From: a virus
Taxonomy: Duplodnaviria > Caudoviricetes
IMG/VR virus record: IMGVR_UViG_3300048549_001141
Span: 1 to 31,889 of that record
Strand: one strand, 5' to 3'
DNA length: 31,889 nucleotides
Shown: positions 18,215 through 24,701 of the stretch, piece by piece
Position numbering within the stretch: the stretch's first letter is position 1
Layout: each line of letters begins with the position of its first letter
The notes under the pieces: generated by a model
Databases searched by the model: none
What the model saw: only the letters and a program-made list of their open reading frames with translations
Told to the model about the DNA's origin: nothing
Translations under genes and position numbers: made by a program

Positions 18215-20359
18215 ATGTCCTTCCAAGGCAATCAGGGTTTTCTGGAAATTCCAAATGCTTCCCTCAGGGTTTCAGGGAACGTCCACGCGGAGGGCATAAA
18301 GTTGGGGGTGGTCGAGTTGATCCCCTCCTACGACCTGGCCTCCGTCTCCAATGTCGGGAACACCACCACCCAAACGGTGCAGTTCACCAACCCCACGACC
18401 TCCCTAGTGGCCTCCTCGAACGTAGACGTTAAGGGCGTCCTCAATCACACCCAGGTCGCAAACGTAGCCCAAATCACCTCAAACTCCAACGTCGTCATGG
18501 AGTACCGCCGCTCCAAGAAGATCATCAAGTACCCGAGGGTGGCTATGACTTCGGCTTCGAGTGGTGGGTATGTGGTGCAGACATCTGGAAACAACGCTAC
18601 TTCAAATGATGGTTGGAAAGCTTTTAATAGTGTAGGATTTAACGGTCAAACAAATGCAGGTGATCACTGGATTACACCAGATTTATACACTCATGATTCA
18701 GGTGCATTCGAACACGCTAGCACCGCTATATATCAGCCTCTTGGTAACGGGGCGACGGGCGCGGGTGCTTGGATCGCTATTAAATTACCACATAAAATTA
18801 AACTCACTAAACTCCGTGTAGATAACGTAAGTAAAGCGGGTTTTAGAGATTATACCGTTCATGGAAGAAATGGTGGTGGTGCAATAGTCGGTGGAACGGC
18901 ATGGTCTTCCGCTTTACTTACAGTGGCGGATGAAGGTTCTGGATACTCAATAATTGGGAACTATGTGTTTACAGAAACATCACACGACATAACCACGAAT
19001 GATTATTATGAAGAATTTATCATTATCATCACTAAGAAAACACCAGCTAGTAGTAGTCTTGACAACTTTCTACTCATGCGCGAACTCCAATTCTTCGGCC
19101 TCCCCGAATACGACCCCGAGGCACATGGCACAGACGTGGTCCTCCACACCACCCCCAACGTCCCTAATACGGATTGGTTGGAGGTCTACTATGATGCGAA
19201 GGAGAGCTCGAGTTACCCTGGCACTGGGGGGGCTGTAGTGGATCTGAGTGGGAATGGAAAAAATGGAACACTCAATGGGGATGTTGGTTTCGACTCGGAG
19301 TATAAGGCGTTCACTTTTGACGAAGCTGGTGATTACATCACATTGGACACGGGAAAGACTGGTAACTACATTTTCTCGGTGAGTTTATGGTTTAAGTCGT
19401 CCGGGAACAGTATAGAAACACTGTTTCACATGAACGGTGATTACGCAACCAACAACACAGTTTGGATCTATGGTTCTGGAACAAGTTTATCTATTGATTT
19501 TGTGGATAATGACTATTCTTGCGATACAGGTAAGGAGATAGCGGATAATATGTGGCATCACGCTTCTTTTGTGTATAATGGAAACGGAGAAAGTGGACGC
19601 GATATATACTTAGATGGTATACATCTCGGTGGTTCGCTAGTGGGGAGCAGTGCTGGTGGTAACCTAAATCTCACAAGTACGTCGTCTATTTCGCGAATTG
19701 GTGCGTTAAACCATTCGTCGGGAATTATTCATGAATTTAAAGGTTCCATCGCCAACTTCCGCCTCTTCAATCGGGCCCTCTCGGGGGATGAGATCTGGGA
19801 GCTCTACGCCTACCAGAAGGAGTACTTTGGGGTCAGCCCAGACGTGGTGACCCTAAAGGCTGGGAGGGTCGGCATCGGGACCTCGGAGCCTAGGGCCGTC
19901 CTAGACGTGAGGGGGGACATAAGGGGTGGGTGTCCGGTGTTCTTTCAGGCTCACGCAACTCACCCGTCGACCGCGACAACTCTTAACGCCGTCACTAATC
20001 CTATTCCATTTAATACAATTGTTCATAATAAAGGTGGGGGTCTTCAACCAAGTGGTGTATTCACATGTCCATTAGCAGGGTACTACTACATAGTATGGTG
20101 GTTTATGTCTAACCTTCAAAATCAGACGGTGTATACATATCTCACAATAAATGGTTCACTGGAACTGAACGGGACGCCGCAATCACGTATATACGGATAT
20201 AGTGGTGCTACGGGGGATATACATAATCAAGTTGTAGCAGGTGGTACTGTATATATGAACGTTGGTGATGAATTAAGGTTTGTTTTTGCGGGGTCGACGT
20301 ATATGTATATCTCCACAACCCCCTATAACAGTTTTACGGGATTTTATATATCATCTTAA
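18215..20359 (+). CDS. Fibre/adhesin: discoidin-like + LamG-like + C-terminal C1q-like domain
   Basis: 714 aa. It has the same scaffold blocks as 15531-18152 but different domain cores. It ends NKGGG...VFTCPLAGYYY...FTGFYISS. Confidence 0.85.
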   Translation: MSFQGNQGFLEIPNASLRVSGNVHAEGIKLGVVELIPSYDLASVSNVGNTTTQTVQFTNPTTSLVASSNVDVKGVLNHTQVANVAQITSNSNVVMEYRRSKKIIKYPRVAMTSASSGGYVVQTSGNNATSNDGWKAFNSVGFNGQTNAGDHWITPDLYTHDSGAFEHASTAIYQPLGNGATGAGAWIAIKLPHKIKLTKLRVDNVSKAGFRDYTVHGRNGGGAIVGGTAWSSALLTVADEGSGYSIIGNYVFTETSHDITTNDYYEEFIIIITKKTPASSSLDNFLLMRELQFFGLPEYDPEAHGTDVVLHTTPNVPNTDWLEVYYDAKESSSYPGTGGAVVDLSGNGKNGTLNGDVGFDSEYKAFTFDEAGDYITLDTGKTGNYIFSVSLWFKSSGNSIETLFHMNGDYATNNTVWIYGSGTSLSIDFVDNDYSCDTGKEIADNMWHHASFVYNGNGESGRDIYLDGIHLGGSLVGSSAGGNLNLTSTSSISRIGALNHSSGIIHEFKGSIANFRLFNRALSGDEIWELYAYQKEYFGVSPDVVTLKAGRVGIGTSEPRAVLDVRGDIRGGCPVFFQAHATHPSTATTLNAVTNPIPFNTIVHNKGGGLQPSGVFTCPLAGYYYIVWWFMSNLQNQTVYTYLTINGSLELNGTPQSRIYGYSGATGDIHNQVVAGGTVYMNVGDELRFVFAGSTYMYISTTPYNSFTGFYISS

Positions 20360-20364
20360 ATTAT

Positions 20365-20742
20365 ATGTTCAACCCAAAAGAAACACAATTAATTTCTTTT
20401 ATATATGAAATTTTAGAAGAATATTTTGACAACAAAAAAGTGCCCGGGGGTTCTCAAGTTGGTACAACTTGGGAATCTATAGAGTTCCCCCCCGGTCATG
20501 AGAAACCCCCAAAGGAGGAGTTCGAGGCGAAGTTGCAAGCCCTGGTGGACGCCCAGCCCCTAAAGGACCTTAGGGCCGAGAGGGATCGTCGCCTCGCCAC
20601 CACAGATTGGGTGACCCTAAAGGCGTACTCCACATCGACCCCAGTCCCAGAGGCTTGGGCCACCTACATGCAGGCCCTCCGCGACCTCCCAGCCACCACT
20701 GAGGACCCCGCGAACCCTGTTTGGCCCCCCCTCCCCGAGTGA
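20365..20742 (+). CDS. Phage tail-fibre assembly chaperone-like protein (copy 5)
   Basis: 125 aa, 5 nt after the fibre stop. Motif: LRAERDRRLATTDW...WATYMQALRDLP...WP. Confidence 0.8.
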   Translation: MFNPKETQLISFIYEILEEYFDNKKVPGGSQVGTTWESIEFPPGHEKPPKEEFEAKLQALVDAQPLKDLRAERDRRLATTDWVTLKAYSTSTPVPEAWATYMQALRDLPATTEDPANPVWPPLPE

Positions 20743-20755
20743 TCCCAATCACTCC

Positions 20756-20797
20756 CCCATTTAATAACAGGTAAATTCATTTCTTACCCTATATTAA
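20756..20797 (+). promoter_or_regulatory. Variant (42-bp) cassette leader element, copy 7
   Basis: CCCATTTAATAACAGGTAAATTCATTTCTTACCCTATATTAA abuts ATG 20798. It differs from the consensus by three substitutions and one insertion. Confidence 0.85.
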
Positions 20798-21589
20798 ATG
20801 CCTATTCAGGTAATTGGTACTTTACTAGAACTTAGGGGTGCCACTTTAAAAGCAGAAGCAGTGGATGTTAAATTTGTGTCTGCGACAAAAGATATAACAG
20901 CCGAGAGACATGCTTATATAACTTCAAATATTGAAGTTGGTGGAAATGTGATAGCAAGTACATATTTAGGTGATGGTGGTCTTCTTTCAAATATTTCTAC
21001 AACTCTCCAAGAAATATCCGACAATGGAAATACCACGTCCAATACAGTTCAATTTACGAATGCCACCACCGGCATCGTGGTAGATAGTAACATCGTCGTT
21101 GGTGGGGACGTAACGGCTACATCGTTTACAGGTAGCAGTAGTCGTCTTACTAGTGGTTTGATTACAAACACGGATGCAGTTACGAAAAAAACATACAGTT
21201 ATTCGGGAACTATTACAAGCGGTGATCAACCATACATTAATGTAAATTTCACCTCAAATGTATTTTATTCAAAAATATCAGGACACCTCGTTGAAGATGA
21301 TGAAGAAATCAGTACTATCATTTTAGAGCTTGGTGGTGGTCATAGGACTGGGGCTACACCCACAATCGATATTTCCATAGGTGCACAGAAGATTTTTGGT
21401 GGAACAAGTACAAATCCATGGAGTTATAATGTCACTACCACGGGGAATACCGTTTCATTAAAACCTTCGACACCGTTAGATGGTCAGGGCGACTACCACC
21501 TTTTCATTGAATACACTTCTCCAAGTTCAGACGGAGGTGTTACTACAATTGATGAAGATAGTACACCGGTGAAAACCTTTAATTACTAA
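20798..21589 (+). CDS. Short fibre-like virion protein (one shaft repeat + KKTYSYSG...FNY C-terminal beta-domain)
   Basis: 263 aa. It contains the YLGDGGLLSNISTTLQEISDNGNTTSNTVQFTN shaft unit. Its C-terminal domain resembles that of 21624-24524. Confidence 0.75.
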   Translation: MPIQVIGTLLELRGATLKAEAVDVKFVSATKDITAERHAYITSNIEVGGNVIASTYLGDGGLLSNISTTLQEISDNGNTTSNTVQFTNATTGIVVDSNIVVGGDVTATSFTGSSSRLTSGLITNTDAVTKKTYSYSGTITSGDQPYINVNFTSNVFYSKISGHLVEDDEEISTIILELGGGHRTGATPTIDISIGAQKIFGGTSTNPWSYNVTTTGNTVSLKPSTPLDGQGDYHLFIEYTSPSSDGGVTTIDEDSTPVKTFNY

Positions 21590-21623
21590 AAAAAATATTG
21601 TATAATAGTACAAACAACCACAA

Positions 21624-24524
21624 ATGCCGCCAACCAATCTTCAACTCTTTTCGGGTGCCATCAACATCGAAAAGGATCTCGAAGTTGGAGCTAATAATCT
21701 TATCGTAAATACCGCGTCTAATGCGATCGGTATTAATAACGCCTCTCCCACATATGATTTACACGTTGGTTCCAATGTGTACATTGACGACACTGGGTCG
21801 AATGTTCTTGTTGTCTCCGGTATGGTCAGTGCCGATGTGTACCATGGTGATGGTAGCAACTTGATGGTCGATGGTGTCATTACTGTATCCGATAAATTCT
21901 CTGAAGTTGAGACCGATATCGATTCTAACGCCGCCCGTGTTGGTGTTTTGGAGACTGACCTTGCGTCCAACGCTTCCCGCGTTAGCACCTTAGAGACTGA
22001 TCTCTCAGCTCTTGAGACTGAAGTCGATTCCAACGCCGCCCGTGTTGGTGTTTTGGAGACCGATCTCACGTCCAACGCTACCCGTGTTGGTGTTTTAGAG
22101 ACTGACCTTTCGTCCAACGCTACCCGTGTTACCACCTTAGAGACTGACGTTTCGTCCAACGCTACCCGTGTTGGCACTTTGGAGACTTACGCGTCATCCA
22201 ACGCTGCTCGTGTTGGTGTTTTGGAGACTGACCTTACATCCAATGCTTCCCGCGTCAGCACCTTAGAGACTGATTTCTCAGCTCTTGAGACTGAAGTCGA
22301 TTCCAACGCTGCCCGTGTTGGCACTTTGGAGACCGATCTCACATCCAATGCTACCCGTGTTGGTGTTTTAGAGACTTACGCGTCATCCAACGCTTCACGC
22401 GTTGGTGTTTTGGAGACTGACCTTGCGTCCAACGCTACCCGCACTGGTGTTTTGGAGACCGAACTCACGTCCAACGCTTCCCGTGTCACCACATTAGAGA
22501 CTTTTGCGTCATCTAACGCTACTCGTGTTGGTGTTTTGGAGACTGACCTTACGTCCAACGCTTCCCGCGTCAGCATCTTAGAGACTGATCTCTCAGCTCT
22601 TGAGACTGAAGCCGATTCCAACGCCGCCCGTGTTGGTGTTTTGGAGACTGACCTTACATCTAATGCTACCCGTGTTGGTGTTTTAGAGACTGACCTTTCG
22701 TCCAACGCTTCCCGTGTCACCACATTGGAGTCCAGTGTTTCATCTTTGGATACCGGTTTAAGCGCGGACATCAGTTCCAACGCTGCTCGTGTTGGTGTTT
22801 TGGAGACTGACCTCGCGTCTAACGCTTCCCGTACTGGCGTTTTGGAGACTGACCTTGCGTCCAACGCTTCCCGTGTCACCACATTAGAGACTGATCTCTC
22901 AGCTCTTGAGACCGATGTCGATTCTAACACTGCCCGTGTTGGTGTTTTAGAGACTGACCTTGCGTCTAACGCTACCCGTGTCACCACCTTAGAGACTGAC
23001 CTCGCGTCCAATGACGGTCGTACTACCGTCTTAGAGACTGACCTCACATCCAACGCCGCCCGTGTTGACACCTTAGAGAGTGATGTATCGGCTCTTGGGA
23101 CGAGGATGACTGCAGAAGAATCTAATGTGATAACTCTTCAAACCGATCTCGCGTCCAATGCTACGAGGGTTGCAACCTTGGAGAGTAGCTTAGCCGCTAC
23201 AACTCTTCAGGATGTTACCGATTCTGGTAACACCACCACCAACGTGGTTCAGTTTACGAACTCCACCACTGGTTTGGTAACTACCGCGAACATTGAAGTG
23301 GGTTCAAACATTTCTATTGCGGGTTTGGTGGACGCTGTCCAGCAATATGTGCCAATGACCCAAACCGATGGGTTCCTCGCTAAGTCGCCAATATACGTGA
23401 CTTCTGGGGGAACCACCGTACTTTCTTCTGCTGAGACTGAAATTTACGGTAACTTGACTCTCAGGGGTGAAACTACAATCGTGAATTCGACTGAGGTCAC
23501 CATCCAAGACCGTATTTTCGGTATTGGTCAAAACAATACTGTCCACAACTTGGACACTGGTATTATTTTGGAACACATGGATGATGGTGAATTTGCCAAC
23601 GTCGGTCTTATTTACCACGCCGATGAACACAGGTTCTCGGTTGGCTATACAGCTAACTCTTCGGTAGATACCCATGTCTTAAGCCTCGACGATGACCCAA
23701 CTCACCGAATGCTCTTCGACGTACGAGGAAACCTCGTTGTCCAGAATGATGCGACCTTTATCGGTGATGTAATGACACAGTCGAATGTTGGTATTATGAA
23801 CGCCGCGCCCATTCATACTTTGGACGTTGGTTCTAATCTCTACGTCGACGACACCGCCGCGAACGTTCTCGTCGTTGGTGGTAATGCTGTTGCTGATTAC
23901 TTCATTGGTGATGGTAGCTTGCTTACTGGCATCAACCCAACCATAGAGGATGTATTAACTAACGGTAATGTCGCGTCGAGTGTCATCCACTCTACCGCAT
24001 CCAATGCGGCTATGAGTGCGGCGGGTGGTTTGGTTACACACAAGCGCACGGGTGGTTATACCCACAAAACATACTCTGCTTCGGGTTCACTTCCATCAAA
24101 GGACACCATTGATTTAGTCTTCACTTCCACCAAAGACAATGGGGTGATTACTTTTAAAGTCAGAGCTGTAATCAGTACTGACGGGGACGGGGACGGATCG
24201 AGCGATGTTAGTACCATACTATTTGATGGTACTGCGAAGGTGGGTACCAGTTCGTCATCGGCGGGGGTCGGTTTCTACAAGAGCGGGCTTGCTATACACG
24301 GTTCGGACACCGGTGATTATTACTGGAACACTACAGTCGGTGACGATATCACATATAAAACAGCTACAATCTCATTAAATTGGGATAGTGATATCACTTA
24401 TGCGCCCGAGTCGGTGCCGGCCGCCAATCTCGACCTATACGTAGATGTCTTCGGACAAGAGGGCACTGTGAAATTAACTACTATTGAGTCTGGTTCTAAC
24501 TTCACCAGAGCTTTTGATTACTAA
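21624..24524 (+). CDS. Fibre protein with a long coiled-coil stalk
   Basis: 966 aa, with about 430 aa of 14-aa (two-heptad) repeats LETDLxSNAxRVxx. The region after the stalk is homologous to the N-terminal part of ORF 1-4737 (IQDRIFGIG...NLDTGI...YHADEHRFS). Confidence 0.85.
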   Translation: MPPTNLQLFSGAINIEKDLEVGANNLIVNTASNAIGINNASPTYDLHVGSNVYIDDTGSNVLVVSGMVSADVYHGDGSNLMVDGVITVSDKFSEVETDIDSNAARVGVLETDLASNASRVSTLETDLSALETEVDSNAARVGVLETDLTSNATRVGVLETDLSSNATRVTTLETDVSSNATRVGTLETYASSNAARVGVLETDLTSNASRVSTLETDFSALETEVDSNAARVGTLETDLTSNATRVGVLETYASSNASRVGVLETDLASNATRTGVLETELTSNASRVTTLETFASSNATRVGVLETDLTSNASRVSILETDLSALETEADSNAARVGVLETDLTSNATRVGVLETDLSSNASRVTTLESSVSSLDTGLSADISSNAARVGVLETDLASNASRTGVLETDLASNASRVTTLETDLSALETDVDSNTARVGVLETDLASNATRVTTLETDLASNDGRTTVLETDLTSNAARVDTLESDVSALGTRMTAEESNVITLQTDLASNATRVATLESSLAATTLQDVTDSGNTTTNVVQFTNSTTGLVTTANIEVGSNISIAGLVDAVQQYVPMTQTDGFLAKSPIYVTSGGTTVLSSAETEIYGNLTLRGETTIVNSTEVTIQDRIFGIGQNNTVHNLDTGIILEHMDDGEFANVGLIYHADEHRFSVGYTANSSVDTHVLSLDDDPTHRMLFDVRGNLVVQNDATFIGDVMTQSNVGIMNAAPIHTLDVGSNLYVDDTAANVLVVGGNAVADYFIGDGSLLTGINPTIEDVLTNGNVASSVIHSTASNAAMSAAGGLVTHKRTGGYTHKTYSASGSLPSKDTIDLVFTSTKDNGVITFKVRAVISTDGDGDGSSDVSTILFDGTAKVGTSSSSAGVGFYKSGLAIHGSDTGDYYWNTTVGDDITYKTATISLNWDSDITYAPESVPAANLDLYVDVFGQEGTVKLTTIESGSNFTRAFDY
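21900..23190 (+). repeat. 42-bp (14-aa) coding tandem repeat with occasional 21-bp inserts
   Basis: Recurrent 'gagactgacct...tccaacgc..cccgtgttggtgttttg' units. Boundaries are approximate. Confidence 0.9.
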
Positions 24525-24582
24525 ATTTTTTGATTATTTAATAACAGGTAGAATAATACTACCCCATATTAAATAAAATACC

Positions 24583-24678
24583 ATGTCAACCAGGAATGTC
24601 CATGTCTTTTCCGGATCTGTCAAAATAGAGGGAAACCTTAAAGTTGGTGGAGGTAAGTCAAATGTGTCTACTCAGTGA
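24583..24678 (+). CDS. 31-aa micro-ORF resembling a fibre N-terminal segment (MSTRNVHVFSGSVKIEGNLKVGGGKSNVSTQ); possible remnant
   Basis: Below the ORF-track cutoff. It aligns by eye with the N-terminus of 21624 (MPPTNLQLFSGAINIEKDLEVG) and is preceded by a degenerate leader element at about 24536-24572. Confidence 0.5.
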   Translation: MSTRNVHVFSGSVKIEGNLKVGGGKSNVSTQ

Positions 24679-24701
24679 TTAATTATCATACACTATTATA
24701 A

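Noticed and set aside
4032..19858. Diversity-generating retroelement (TR/VR pairs)
   Set aside because: Mismatches between the near-identical blocks are not adenine-specific (many are C/T), both copies lie in coding scaffold, and no reverse transcriptase is present in the window.
8663..20797. 41-bp direct repeats as a CRISPR array
   Set aside because: The intervals are 0.8-2.7 kb of intact genes rather than 25-50 bp spacers, each repeat abuts an ATG, and there are no cas genes.
4875..21589. Invertible shufflon
   Set aside because: All cassettes and repeats are in direct orientation with full-length ORFs. There are no inverted silent partial genes and no invertase.
21598..21613. TTGTA-taatag-TACAA as another junction hairpin
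   Set aside because: Only a 5-bp AT-rich stem, likely by chance, and no leader element follows.
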